From IMG/VR virus record IMGVR_UViG_3300028786_000006, positions 32,001 to 96,000 of that record: a DNA stretch of 64,000 bases. One strand, given 5' to 3'. Shown here one piece after another: positions 1 through 9,672 of this stretch. How positions within the stretch are numbered: the first letter of the stretch is position 1; the number at the start of each line of letters is the position of its first letter. Source of the stretch: a virus. The translations under genes were made by a program, and so were the position numbers. Below the pieces are notes generated by a model that saw only the letters and a program-made list of their open reading frames with translations, did no database searches and was not told the origin of the DNA.

Positions 1-545
1 ACGCCGTGGTCCATCAGTTCCTTGACGCGGTCACCTTTAGCCCAGGGCGTGGTAAAACAGTGAGCCACCTTGGTGTAGCTGTTGTAGATCGCGATCTCGG
101 TGATCGGGAACTCCGCCTGGTCTGGCTCAGGGAACGGCCCCTGGAAGATGTTACCCTCTTCGTCAACGCCACCAGAGAAGGTCTCGATGTCGAGGTAAGC
201 AACACGGATCTTGGACGCATCGTACTTGATGGTCGAGCTGCTGAAGTTGTGGGCGATGAACTGGAAGTCAAACGACTTCATCCCGAACATCCGGAACCCG
301 GTAACGCCTTCGTACTGCTCCATGAACTCGCGACATTCGCGGATGGATTCAAAGTCAACCTGCTTCAGCTTTACGCCGTCGAGGGACACGAATGGCGTCT
401 CAACCCCGGCGGCGGCCGGAACCCAGAGTTTGGGCTTGAACGGGTGTTTGGTGACGCCTTGCTCGCCGGTCTCGCTATTGGTCCAGCGGTACAGGATGTT
501 CTGCCCACGTACGGAGACGTCGGTATAGAAAATAGGATCGCTCAT
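1..545 (-). CDS. gp43: DNA polymerase family B (T4 gp43-like), N-terminal part, runs off window start
   Basis: Not in ORF track; manual translation from ATG 545: MSDPIFYTDVSVRGQNILYRW...KYDASKIRVAYLDIET...FPEPDQAEFPITEI, matching the gp43 N-terminus and ExoI DIE motif. Confidence 0.92.
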   Translation of the reverse strand, partial: MSDPIFYTDVSVRGQNILYRWTNSETGEQGVTKHPFKPKLWVPAAAGVETPFVSLDGVKLKQVDFESIRECREFMEQYEGVTGFRMFGMKSFDFQFIAHNFSSSTIKYDASKIRVAYLDIETFSGGVDEEGNIFQGPFPEPDQAEFPITEIAIYNSYTKVAHCFTTPWAKGDRVKELMDHG

Positions 546-634
546 CGGTTTACCTGAATTAATTGTGGGTTCAAAGTGCCTATCCTCGCTATGTAAACGA
601 AGGCACGATTATACCCCACGGGGGAGGAGACTTT

Positions 635-1147
635 ATGGCCGGGTTGCTCGACACAATCACGGGCTTTGTTGGTGGTGGGCTGTTCAAGGAGGTCAAGGAC
701 ATCGTCCAGGATTATTGGCCACCTGACATTGCACCTGAGAAGAAGCTCGAAATGCAGTTAGCGCTGCAACAAGCTGAAACATCGAAAGAAATTGAGCTTG
801 GAAAGCTCATGAACGACCAGACGGCGGCCCTCACGCAGCGCATCAGTGATCTGGAAGGTACAGCGGCTGACCTGAAGGGGATTCCCATCCTCGGTCCTAT
901 CATGCTGTTCATCCGTGGTTCTCAACGCCCGGCTTGGGGCCTGGGTGCCATGTACGCTGACCTGATGTGGTTCAGCGGCCACTGGCAACACCTGACTGAC
1001 CAACAGGAGGCTGCGCTTTACCTGATCAACGCGTTGGTGCTTGGGTTTCTCTTCGGCGAACGTGCTGTCCAAAACGTTGCTCCGCTTCTCGGGGATGTTT
1101 TCACGAAAGCGCGTGGCCCCAAGCCAGTAGATACCAGCAAGAAGTGA
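635..1147 (+). CDS. Holin-like membrane protein (3TM/GTA-holin type)
   Basis: GGAGGAG SD before ATG 635; coiled coil, RPAWG motif, C-terminal TM segments ending GFLFGERAVQ. Confidence 0.65.
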   Translation: MAGLLDTITGFVGGGLFKEVKDIVQDYWPPDIAPEKKLEMQLALQQAETSKEIELGKLMNDQTAALTQRISDLEGTAADLKGIPILGPIMLFIRGSQRPAWGLGAMYADLMWFSGHWQHLTDQQEAALYLINALVLGFLFGERAVQNVAPLLGDVFTKARGPKPVDTSKK

Positions 1148-1205
1148 CCTCGAATGCCCTCTCTGGGGCGTTGTTGGTCGGCCCAGGCGGTTACGCCTCC
1201 GGGAC

Positions 1206-1244
1206 AAAAAAGGGGAGCCAGCGCAAGCTGACTCCCCTTTTTCT
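1206..1244. terminator. Bidirectional intrinsic terminator
   Basis: A-run, GGGGAG-CAGC-GCAA-GCTG-CTCCCC stem-loop, T-run, between convergent genes. Confidence 0.85.
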
Positions 1245-1250
1245 TTGGGC

Positions 1251-2345
1251 TTACGCCCCGGCCAGCAGACGCTCGAATTCGTCGAGTTCGTCACCGGCAC
1301 TTTCGGCCTTCGGCGGCTCAACCTTTTCCACTACAGGTTCAGCGGCTTTGGTGACCGGCTGTTCCGTGGTGACAACGGTGTCAGCGACCGGCGGCTTCTC
1401 GTCCAGCTTGGGCTTTTCTTCCTCTTTCGGGGCGGCACCAAGCAAGTTGGTCGCACCGGCCAATTCGTCGACGCTCTTACGAGGCGCCGCGCCCTTGACG
1501 CTGAAGTCGTCTTCCAGGTTCATCACCTTGCACAGCAGGGTTTTGAGCGCTTCGTACGTCTTGAAGTTCTTGCGGTCGTAGAATTCCATGATGGAATACT
1601 GCTTCTTCCAAACTTCTTCCATCAGCTCGTCGCTTTCGAACAGCGGCCCTTTCTTGCCGAAGGACGCCAGCTTGAAGTCTGGAACGCGGGAGGTGCGACC
1701 GTTGAAGGTCTTCTCTTCCGAGGTCAGGTTCAAGATCAGGTTGGCACCTTCGATAATGTCGAACGGGTCAATCGGCTCGATGTTGTCGAACTGAGGCTTG
1801 GCAGCGGACTTCAGGATGTTGTCGATAGCGCGCCCGTATTTGAACAGGAACACCTTGCCTTCGTTTTCCGGGGCATTTTTGTCGCGAACGACATACAGGC
1901 CGCAGATGAAGTCTTCGCTCGGCAGGCGCTTCTTGAGGATTTCAGCGTACGCCTTACCCTCAACAGTTTCCTTGCCCATTTCATTCCGAACTTTCCAGTT
2001 CGGAGTATCCATCTGGCGGACCGGGCAATCTTCGCCGAAGGTCTGCAGACTGTTTTCTTTGTACCAACCGCCAGGGCCTTGGAACCAGTGGCTGACGATA
2101 CGGGCCGCCGGGGTCAGTTCGTCCCCATCCAGCTCACCAGCTTCGGCTTTAACCATATCCACATACGGGATAGGGAGCAAGCGCACGATGCTTTCGCTGT
2201 TACCCTTGGCGTCAAACGTCCACTTCCAGAAGCGGTCATCCTTCTGCCCGCTGTAGCCGCTGGTGGCTTCAATTTTCTTTTGAAGGGCCGCCATACCAGA
2301 TTGGCCATTTTGGGAACGTGTACGGAGTTTCGAGAAATCGACCAT
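1251..2345 (-). CDS. gp32: Single-stranded DNA-binding protein
   Basis: DDRFWK, IVRLLP, HWFQGPGGWYKENS, NEGKVFLFKYG, DPFD..EGANL motifs; acidic C-tail. Confidence 0.96.
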   Translation of the reverse strand: MVDFSKLRTRSQNGQSGMAALQKKIEATSGYSGQKDDRFWKWTFDAKGNSESIVRLLPIPYVDMVKAEAGELDGDELTPAARIVSHWFQGPGGWYKENSLQTFGEDCPVRQMDTPNWKVRNEMGKETVEGKAYAEILKKRLPSEDFICGLYVVRDKNAPENEGKVFLFKYGRAIDNILKSAAKPQFDNIEPIDPFDIIEGANLILNLTSEEKTFNGRTSRVPDFKLASFGKKGPLFESDELMEEVWKKQYSIMEFYDRKNFKTYEALKTLLCKVMNLEDDFSVKGAAPRKSVDELAGATNLLGAAPKEEEKPKLDEKPPVADTVVTTEQPVTKAAEPVVEKVEPPKAESAGDELDEFERLLAGA

Positions 2346-2422
2346 GCTTGATGTTTACCTGTACGCCCGTTAGAAGGTAAGAGGGTCCGGTATCCGGGCA
2401 ATAATCCGGCCCCAATTTTCGT

Positions 2423-2677
2423 TCAGACCCCGAAGAGGTCTGTCAGCGAAACCGTGGTGTTCTTTTCTTTGAGGAGGTTGAGGCTGGAGGCCTCGTGCTT
2501 GACTTTTTCAACCAGGGTGCTGGTCAAGTACGGCTTGATCGCTTCGATCTCGATGTCGTACTCGTCAGCCTTTTCGCAGATGCAAGCGATATGCGATTCG
2601 GACTCGCCCCGGTGGACTGCAAGTTCAACTTCTAAGCTGAACTTGTCAGGCGTGATTAGTTCTTGTTCAGGTTTCAA
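2423..2677 (-). CDS. gp33: Late transcription co-activator
   Basis: FSLEVE...DIEIEAIKPYL...EKVKHEA..LNLL; next to gp32. Confidence 0.85.
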   Translation of the reverse strand: MKPEQELITPDKFSLEVELAVHRGESESHIACICEKADEYDIEIEAIKPYLTSTLVEKVKHEASSLNLLKEKNTTVSLTDLFGV

Positions 2678-2918
2678 TGTTTGACCCCAGGTTGCCCTTT
2701 TTGATCAGGTCGAGCTTGTCGCGGAAATCGCGAGGAGTCTTCGACATCATGTCACCAACACCGGAGACGATATTGGGGCACCCGATCTTCATGTTGACGG
2801 ATTCGATGGCGTTGCACTCGGGGCATGGTTGGTCGCGGGGGGTATGTCGCAGGTCGACCTTAAAGATGGCTTCAAACGTGTGCTCGCACTTCGAGCATTT
2901 GTAGTTGTACAGGGGCAT
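2667..2918 (-). CDS. FmdB-family zinc-ribbon regulatory protein
   Basis: MPLYNYKCSKCEHTFE...PCPEC. Confidence 0.85.
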   Translation of the reverse strand: MPLYNYKCSKCEHTFEAIFKVDLRHTPRDQPCPECNAIESVNMKIGCPNIVSGVGDMMSKTPRDFRDKLDLIKKGNLGSNIET

Positions 2919-2992
2919 TCAGCGCTCCAGACATGTAGCAATTATGGGCCGCCGGGCTGGCAAGAGCAACAGTTCGGCGGCTCAAACGGGGG

Positions 2993-3922
2993 TTACTGAC
3001 TAAAGATTCGGTCGATCAGTTCAATCACGTATTCTTCAGACAGTTCGCGTTGCGGGCTACCATCTTCGGGCTTGGCGTGCATGGCTCGAATCAGCATCGA
3101 GAAGTAGTGGCTGTCGCAACCGTTGAGCTGGTCGGACAGCACCGCCGCGTCGGTGAAATCGATCTTCTTGCACTGGATGGCCATCTTGAGGATCTGGCCG
3201 GCGTTGATTTTCCAGTCACGCTTGAGGAACTTGCGTACGCGCAGGATGGAGCAGATCGGGTACAGTGAGCCGGTATATACCAGCGACCGCGACAACAGCG
3301 ACTCCATGGCCTCGGGCTTCAGCTCCAGGTGGTCATCGTGGTAGGTGTACCAGTTCTGACAGTGGATGAAGTCGTAGTTCTTGTGAATCTGGTCTGGCTC
3401 GCCGAAGAAGCGGATGATCAGCTGCACCTTGTTGGTCAGCGTTACCGCGTTCTGGCTCAGGAAGGTCGGCTGATAGCGCTTTTCTTCGCCATCTTCAGGC
3501 GACGGGCCTTCTACCGGGGCCAGCAAATCAGCCAGCTCGATTTCTTCTTCCTGCTCTTGCGCGTCGGTTTCGGTCTGACCAGCAACACCAGCGCCTGAGA
3601 CGCGGATCATGATGCGCTCTTCGGACTCATAGTTGATGTTGGTGAAGTTGTCTTCGAAGACGTTGATCTCGTAGTTTTCACCTTTGATCAACTGGAACCG
3701 CTTGACGTAGTATTCAGCTACGGCCCTGGCGGTTGCCTTCGTCTTGAAGTACACATCGAAGTCGTTCGGTGCGTTACCCAGGAGCAGGGAAGCAATGGCC
3801 CCGCCGGTAATGATGGTATCCTTGGACGCCAGGAGGCGAACGGATTCATCTTCAATCGAGCCGAGCCATTCTTGAATCTTGGCACGGAGTACACGTCTGA
3901 TCGTTTTGCGGCGGGCGCCCAT
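2993..3922 (-). CDS. Pol-beta superfamily nucleotidyltransferase (CCA/polyA-polymerase-like head)
   Basis: ITGGAIASLLLGNAPNDFDVYF (GG...DxD) and YDFIHCQ resembling RDFTINA. Confidence 0.65.
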   Translation of the reverse strand: MGARRKTIRRVLRAKIQEWLGSIEDESVRLLASKDTIITGGAIASLLLGNAPNDFDVYFKTKATARAVAEYYVKRFQLIKGENYEINVFEDNFTNINYESEERIMIRVSGAGVAGQTETDAQEQEEEIELADLLAPVEGPSPEDGEEKRYQPTFLSQNAVTLTNKVQLIIRFFGEPDQIHKNYDFIHCQNWYTYHDDHLELKPEAMESLLSRSLVYTGSLYPICSILRVRKFLKRDWKINAGQILKMAIQCKKIDFTDAAVLSDQLNGCDSHYFSMLIRAMHAKPEDGSPQRELSEEYVIELIDRIFSQ

Positions 3923-3931
3923 AGGTGGACC

Positions 3932-4396
3932 TCAGAGATTAGGGTAGACGGATCGAACCACAACCAGCGGGAGACCAGGGATCAGGGTCTGATGGTTGAA
4001 GATCGAGAGGATGATTTTGGCTTCGTTCGGGTGAAGCCAGTCCAGGATGTCGTTCAAGGCGTCCTGACGCAGACGCATGTTCCGAGCTTTGTCAGTGATG
4101 CGCTCGAGAGCCTGTACCACACCGAAGAAGGATTCGGTCGAGGCCACGTTTTCGAGGCGGCAACGGTAATCCGGGGTGAAGCCGGTCTCGCGAATGTCCG
4201 CGAACATGTCTACGGGACCGAAGGCGATCTGACAGAAAGACCTCATGGCCTTGGTGTCGTTCTCGCGCATGGCGGTTATACGCGCCGGGAGATCCTTGTG
4301 CTGGGTCACGTGTTGCATGATCTCAGACAAGGTGCCGATGCTCTGGCGGACTGAAATGGGTTGTTTCACTTCAACCACCAAACTTTTCGAAGGCAA
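3932..4396 (-). CDS. Conserved T4-superfamily hypothetical protein (DUF6433-like); start uncertain
   Basis: ILDWLHPNEAKII...PGL..VVRSVYP pattern; in-operon position. Confidence 0.55.
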   Translation of the reverse strand: MPSKSLVVEVKQPISVRQSIGTLSEIMQHVTQHKDLPARITAMRENDTKAMRSFCQIAFGPVDMFADIRETGFTPDYRCRLENVASTESFFGVVQALERITDKARNMRLRQDALNDILDWLHPNEAKIILSIFNHQTLIPGLPLVVVRSVYPNL

Positions 4397-4616
4397 CCAA
4401 CGTGGTCACCAGGATCGATACGCTGAGGCAGTACATGGCCGCGTTACCGAACCAACTGCCAGTGATGGTCAACAGGGTGTTGTCCACGGCCTTGTGAGCG
4501 ATGTAGTACTGGACGGCGTTGGTCACGAGGACGGCGCGGCAGCAGAACAGGGTGATCACGTAGGCCAGGGCGAACACGAGGACCAGTTGGAAGTACGGGA
4601 GTAGGTTGAGAATCAC
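4371..4616 (-). CDS. Small membrane protein
   Basis: GTG at 4616 overlaps the ruvC stop (GTGA); two hydrophobic segments. Confidence 0.55.
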   Translation of the reverse strand: MILNLLPYFQLVLVFALAYVITLFCCRAVLVTNAVQYYIAHKAVDNTLLTITGSWFGNAAMYCLSVSILVTTLVAFEKFGG

Positions 4617-5182
4617 AGTGGTTTCCCCTGGGTGATTTTGAATGCGGTGTCGAGGACTGCCCAAGCGTCAGTCAGGTCGTCGATTGGCTTGACGTACGGC
4701 TTGTCCAGTTTGACGATCTTGTGCATTTCGACCATGAACAGGTCGTTGAACGCATCGACCATGGCCTCCTTCTTCGAGTTACCCTTACCGCTGTGATGTT
4801 TCTTGACAGTGGAGGGCGAAGGAGGCGTGGCTATTTCGATACCGGCCTTCCAGAGCATCTGCTTGAGGGCGCCGCCGTTTTCCGCCATGTTGAACACGAG
4901 GCCGGACGACGAACCCATCGAATAGCCTTCAATGGCTACTTTCTGAACCCCGTGTTCCAACATGATATCCCTGGCCCAGAGCGCGTTGTTGTGATAACGC
5001 TCTTCGTCGCAGGAGTATGGTGGGAGGGTCTGGATGGTGACGTTACCGAAGCGCCCGGCCTTCGTCTTGTATTCGCAAAGGCTGAACATCTTCACGTTTT
5101 CAAACTTCAGGGGCTGGGCGCTGTCGTAAATCGCAATGGCCGGCGAGTTCATCGAATAATCGACGCCCGCAAAAACGGTCAT
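4613..5182 (-). CDS. ruvC: RuvC-like Holliday junction resolvase
   Basis: AGVDYSMNSPA, AIEGYS, PSTVKK..SGKGNSKKEAM, DDLTDA acidic motifs. Confidence 0.85.
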   Translation of the reverse strand: MTVFAGVDYSMNSPAIAIYDSAQPLKFENVKMFSLCEYKTKAGRFGNVTIQTLPPYSCDEERYHNNALWARDIMLEHGVQKVAIEGYSMGSSSGLVFNMAENGGALKQMLWKAGIEIATPPSPSTVKKHHSGKGNSKKEAMVDAFNDLFMVEMHKIVKLDKPYVKPIDDLTDAWAVLDTAFKITQGKPL

Positions 5183-5346
5183 TCCTCGTCACCATCTTCG
5201 ACAGGTTCTTCGGTTTGGGTTGCATCAACTACGTCCTGGCCGCCACAGATGGGACAGAATGCCGGTTGGTCTTCGCGGCGGGTCAGGACGTAGAAGGTTT
5301 CGTCGCAGTCAGCGCAACTCAACAGATGTTTGAAAGTGTTGGACAT
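5179..5346 (-). CDS. 55-aa zinc-ribbon protein (not in ORF track)
   Basis: MSNTFKHLLSCADCDETFYV...AFCPICGGQD...; GGAG SD; ATGA overlap with ruvC. Confidence 0.75.
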   Translation of the reverse strand: MSNTFKHLLSCADCDETFYVLTRREDQPAFCPICGGQDVVDATQTEEPVEDGDEE

Positions 5347-5361
5347 CGATACTCCGGGAGA

Positions 5362-5604
5362 TCAGTTTGAAAGAACGTGTTCCCGGAAAGAAGTGAAGTC
5401 ACCAATGTGACGCTCGTCCAGGAACACTTGAGGGAAAGACCGGGGCGGGTTGCCGCCTGCCTGCTCTACCTTAGCATTCAAATCTTCGCGAGTGAAATCG
5501 GTGTCCAGCTTGAGCACAGTATGATCAAGCTTACGCGCTTTGCACACAGTGATTACCTGGGTGCATTGCGGGCAGTTTTCCTTGGAGTAAATGATGTACC
5601 CCAT
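5362..5604 (-). CDS. Glutaredoxin
   Basis: CPQC, SFPQVF, IGDF; next to nrdAB. Confidence 0.92.
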   Translation of the reverse strand: MGYIIYSKENCPQCTQVITVCKARKLDHTVLKLDTDFTREDLNAKVEQAGGNPPRSFPQVFLDERHIGDFTSFREHVLSN

Positions 5605-5606
5605 GA

Positions 5607-6104
5607 TTACAGCTTGTTACCGTCGAGGCCGACAATGTCGGTGGCCGGGGTGGCGATCTTGACGGCGTTTTCGGAGCTGACCTGACTGGCTGCTTCTTTG
5701 GTCAGTTCGACCACTTTGGCACGCAGGCGGGCTTCGTCGCTGACAGCCTTGGCTTCGTACGCAACCTGGCCGAAATGAATCTGACCTTCGTTGGCACCGA
5801 AACCGGCGGCATGCGGGTCCATGTAGATCAGACCAAACTTGGTGGCGAATGCGTGGGAAGCAACGGCCAGGAAGTGGATGTCGCCGTCGAGGCTGACGGA
5901 AATGGCGTCGAACAGATCATCCTTGCCGTCCTGGTGGACGTCCAGGGCGATGCAGATGGTGCCGTACGGGCCGATCATCCACTTGGCACCTTTGTCGCCG
6001 TCTTGCAGCGTGAAGGTGAACTCCTGATTACCTTTGAAGGCTTCAGTGGCGTAGGCCTGGATTTCGTCGATGCGGGCCTGCAATTGTTCTGGGGTGCGGG
6101 ACAT
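5607..6104 (-). CDS. Hypothetical protein
   Basis: Phage codon usage, GGAG SD, tight packing. Confidence 0.7.
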   Translation of the reverse strand: MSRTPEQLQARIDEIQAYATEAFKGNQEFTFTLQDGDKGAKWMIGPYGTICIALDVHQDGKDDLFDAISVSLDGDIHFLAVASHAFATKFGLIYMDPHAAGFGANEGQIHFGQVAYEAKAVSDEARLRAKVVELTKEAASQVSSENAVKIATPATDIVGLDGNKL

Positions 6105-6195
6105 TCAAAACTCCGTTGTATCATGATTGGTTGAACGGGGCAAACTATACCCCGCCCGTGTTGTATCTCAAATGGTTTCTACGCTCAAACGGCGG

Positions 6196-7227
6196 TTAGT
6201 CCCACTCAAGACCTTTGTCTTGGTAGTCGAGCACTTTCGCCTTCTCGAAGAAGTTCGACTCGATCACGATGCCGTGCTGGCCCATGTAGTCATTGATCCA
6301 AGGCATGGTGTCCTTAGTGACCTCTGGGAACACACGTTGGAGGCTCAGAAGGTCACAACCTTCGTTGGCCAGGAACTTGGTGCCACCCTCGACGATCTCA
6401 GGGGTGTAGCCCGGCAACCCGCCGTCAGCGATGTGGAGGCCCCACTGGATTTCCAGAAGCGCGCCGGTCTTGATGATCTGACGGCAGTCTTCCAGCACTT
6501 CGGTAGTGAACAGCTCAGGACGCTCAGCCTTCAGGTCATGCCACATGTCGCTGAACAGGTAGGTGTGTTCAGTTTCGTCGCGGGCGATGTATCGGATGTT
6601 GTTGGACACACCCGGGAACTTGCCGCCGTTGCGGTTTTGGCTGAAGAACAGACGGAAGCCGGAGTTGAACATGATCTTCTCGATCACGATGTTACCGGCG
6701 ATGGCCCGCACGAAGTTTTCAGGGGAGTAGTCGTCACGCAGGAGCGAGGTCAGGCGCAGGACGTGCTCGTTCTTGTCAGCCAGCAACGGGTTGGTGCGGT
6801 ACAGGCTGTACGTTGCGTCTGGGTCCATCCCCAGGGTGTCCACGATCCGACCGTAGGTCAGGCAGTGAATCATTTCCTGTCGGGTCTGCTCGGTCAGAGC
6901 GAAGATGTACTCAGGGGTGGTGATGTGCTGCCCGATTGAGGTGGCCAAGGTGCTGAGCTGGATACCGTCCAGGTTGGACAGGAAGCCCAGGGCGCGCTGG
7001 ATTGCCTGGCGCAGCTTGGGGGTGGCCGCTTCATAGTGAGAGCGGTCGACGACCATCTCAACGTCAAAATGTGTCCACTGGTCGTGGATCATCTTTTCCA
7101 GGCGGCGGATCGGTTTGTCATACTTGCACGGACTCACCTTCATCATGTTGTCATTGACACCTTCGATGATACGGCGGTCTTCCAAGCGGACGAACTTCAG
7201 TTTTTCGGGTTGAGCGGTGCTCGTCAT
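6196..7227 (-). CDS. nrdB: Ribonucleotide reductase class Ia beta subunit
   Basis: LDGIQ, QEMIHCLTY, IEKIMF, RDETEH di-iron/tyrosyl motifs; start reassigned to ATG 7227 after GGAG. Confidence 0.93.
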   Translation of the reverse strand: MTSTAQPEKLKFVRLEDRRIIEGVNDNMMKVSPCKYDKPIRRLEKMIHDQWTHFDVEMVVDRSHYEAATPKLRQAIQRALGFLSNLDGIQLSTLATSIGQHITTPEYIFALTEQTRQEMIHCLTYGRIVDTLGMDPDATYSLYRTNPLLADKNEHVLRLTSLLRDDYSPENFVRAIAGNIVIEKIMFNSGFRLFFSQNRNGGKFPGVSNNIRYIARDETEHTYLFSDMWHDLKAERPELFTTEVLEDCRQIIKTGALLEIQWGLHIADGGLPGYTPEIVEGGTKFLANEGCDLLSLQRVFPEVTKDTMPWINDYMGQHGIVIESNFFEKAKVLDYQDKGLEWD

Positions 7228-7327
7228 TCTTACTCCGGGACAATGATACCACCAGTACAACGGGTCTGGTAGGAGGGGAAAGCACCGGAGGCGGCACGAG
7301 AGGCAGCCTCCGGGGTAGGTCAGGGTG

Positions 7328-9604
7328 TTACTGGCAGGACTCGCAAACTTCACCGCTGTCCTGGTGGAATTCAGGCTCTTCCTTCAGAACGACCGGTGGG
7401 TTATTCATGTCACCGTTCTGCTGTTCGCCGGAACCGGCTTCAGACTGGACCGGCTTGTTGCGCAGGTAATACGACGTCTTGTTGCCGCCGTCGTACATGC
7501 GGAAGTACCAGTCGTTCAGGGTGCGACCCTTGTGCTTCAGTGGGTCACGGTACAGGTTGGTGGACTGGCCTTGGTCGATCCACTTGGCGCGCACGGTGGC
7601 CGCGTCGATGATCCAGATCTGGTCAACTTCCCAGACGGTCTTCACCAGGTCAGGGCGGTTATACTTCGCCAGAGGGTTGATGATCTTGAAGTTCCCCGAG
7701 AGGTTCTCTTTGACCAGCACACGCTCGTTGATCGGCTGGGTGACTTCGGTGGTACCAACGATGTTGGCGATGGTCGCGGTAGGGGCCAGGGCGATGATGT
7801 TGCAGTTACGCATACCACCTTTGACGTACTCACGCAGCTCTTGCCACTCGGCTTCGCTGTACACAGACTTGGTCTGGTTACGGGCGGTGTCGATGGTCAG
7901 GATACCTTTGGACCACAACGAACCTTCGAACGACTCGTACGAGCCGCGCTCGCGGGCCAGTTCTGCGGACGCACGGATCGATTCATATGACATGATCTCG
8001 AACAGCTCGTCGGCCCACTTCAGGTGCTCTTCGCTTTCGAAGTCGATGCCACATGCAACCAGGGCCTCTGCGTAACCCATCATACCCAGGCCGATCGGGC
8101 GGTGCTTCATGTTGCTGTTGCGAGCCTGTTCGGTTGGGTAGAAGTTCAGGTCGATCACGTTGTCCAGGTTGCGGACAGCCAGGCGGATGGTCTTGCGCAG
8201 CTTCACGCGGTCGATCTCGCCATGCTTTACGTGCTTGGAGCCGTTGATCGAGCCCAGGTTGCAGACGAAGTGCTCGTCCTTGCTGTTGTTCAGGATGATC
8301 TCAGTGCACAGGTTGCTGTTGTGCACGACACCAACGTGTTGCTGTGGGTTGCGACGATTGGACTCGTCCTTCCAGGTGTTCCACGGCGCACCGGTACGGG
8401 TCAGGCGATCCAACATACGCTGCCACAGCTCGAAGGCTGGGACTTGCTTGCGGGCCAGGAAGTTGGCTTCAGCTTCCAGGTAACCACGTTCGAACTCTTC
8501 CCCCCACGTTTCGTGGAGGTGTGGTACGTCGTTCGGGCAGAACAGGGACCACATTTCCTTGTTACGAACCCGTTCCATGAACAGGTCAGGGATCCAGGCC
8601 GCCGGGTACACGTCACGTGCACGCAGGTAGTCGTCACCGGATTGCAGCTTCAGGTCTACGAAGTCAGGGAAGTTCAGGTGCCACACTTCCATGTACGGTG
8701 CGAATGCGCCCTTGCGCTTGCCGCCCTGGTCGACCGAGACCGCTGTATCGTTGTAGATCTTGATGTACGGGATCGGGCCGCTGGACTTGCCGTTGGTCGA
8801 CTTGATGTGCGAGCCCATGGCCCGTACCGGGGTCCAGTCGCTGCCAACACCGCCAGAGAACTTGCTCAGCAGGGCGCAGTGCTTGAATCCGTCGAAGATG
8901 TCAACGATGTCATCCTGGAACTGCGTACCGTAGCAGCTGGACATCTGGCTGTGGTTGGTGCAGCTGTTGAACAGCGTCGGGGTGCTGTTCATGAAATCGA
9001 ACGAAGACAGCAGGTGGTAGGTCTCGATCGCAGCAGCCGTCGGGTCTTTTTCCAGCAGGCTCAGACCCATGGCCACACGCATGAACATGTGCTGAGGCAG
9101 CTCATACACGCGGGAGCGCTTACCGTGCAACTGCGGAGAACGCAGGAGGTATCGGTCAGCGATGGTCTGGATGCCCTGGTACGTGAACTGGTCATCACGA
9201 TGGATGTGTTCAAATACCACATCACACAGAGCATCGATGTCGAAGAAGCCTTCGGACAGTACCAGAGGATTCAGGTGACCGAAGTTTACTCCGGTCTCCA
9301 GGTAGGTGCGGAGTTCGCCGTAGTGAGCAACGAACGTACCGGCTTCCTTCTTCAGTTCTTTGATCACGAAGCGGGCCGCGACCTTGTCGAACTCCGGGCT
9401 TTCTTCGCTGATCAGGCCGGCGGCGGTGTTCTTCAGCGCCACGTTGATCTCGGCGGTGGTCATATCATCGAAGAACTGCATGTTGAGGTTCGCCAAAAGC
9501 TCGGCGCGGTTGACGTTCAGGCCTTCGCACACCTCTTCAGCTTGGCGGGCGATTCGAGTGGCGTCAAAGTCGGCTCGATTACCGTCGGACTTGATTACTT
9601 GCAT
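7328..9604 (-). CDS. nrdA: Ribonucleotide reductase class Ia alpha subunit with ATP cone
   Basis: VIKSDG ATP cone, STPTLFN, SSC, NSNLCTEI, CNLGSIN, APTATIA, C-terminal CESC. Confidence 0.97.
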   Translation of the reverse strand: MQVIKSDGNRADFDATRIARQAEEVCEGLNVNRAELLANLNMQFFDDMTTAEINVALKNTAAGLISEESPEFDKVAARFVIKELKKEAGTFVAHYGELRTYLETGVNFGHLNPLVLSEGFFDIDALCDVVFEHIHRDDQFTYQGIQTIADRYLLRSPQLHGKRSRVYELPQHMFMRVAMGLSLLEKDPTAAAIETYHLLSSFDFMNSTPTLFNSCTNHSQMSSCYGTQFQDDIVDIFDGFKHCALLSKFSGGVGSDWTPVRAMGSHIKSTNGKSSGPIPYIKIYNDTAVSVDQGGKRKGAFAPYMEVWHLNFPDFVDLKLQSGDDYLRARDVYPAAWIPDLFMERVRNKEMWSLFCPNDVPHLHETWGEEFERGYLEAEANFLARKQVPAFELWQRMLDRLTRTGAPWNTWKDESNRRNPQQHVGVVHNSNLCTEIILNNSKDEHFVCNLGSINGSKHVKHGEIDRVKLRKTIRLAVRNLDNVIDLNFYPTEQARNSNMKHRPIGLGMMGYAEALVACGIDFESEEHLKWADELFEIMSYESIRASAELARERGSYESFEGSLWSKGILTIDTARNQTKSVYSEAEWQELREYVKGGMRNCNIIALAPTATIANIVGTTEVTQPINERVLVKENLSGNFKIINPLAKYNRPDLVKTVWEVDQIWIIDAATVRAKWIDQGQSTNLYRDPLKHKGRTLNDWYFRMYDGGNKTSYYLRNKPVQSEAGSGEQQNGDMNNPPVVLKEEPEFHQDSGEVCESCQ

Positions 9605-9672
9605 GGATACTCCTGTGGTTGAAACATGATCGCTAAGCAACCTCAGCGACCGATTAATCTATGGAGGACAAA

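Noticed and set aside
6-557. 183-aa + strand ORF at window start
   Set aside because: Antisense shadow of gp43
6196-9604. Unusual RNR class or intron/intein in nrdA/nrdB
   Set aside because: Metal ligands, radical Tyr and catalytic Cys present; lengths are normal
8024-9622. 532-aa ORF antisense to nrdA, and similar long shadows (45132..47183, 41953..43371, 33830..35044, 1245..2351)
   Set aside because: Expected from C/G-ending codon bias of the real genes; no motifs or SD
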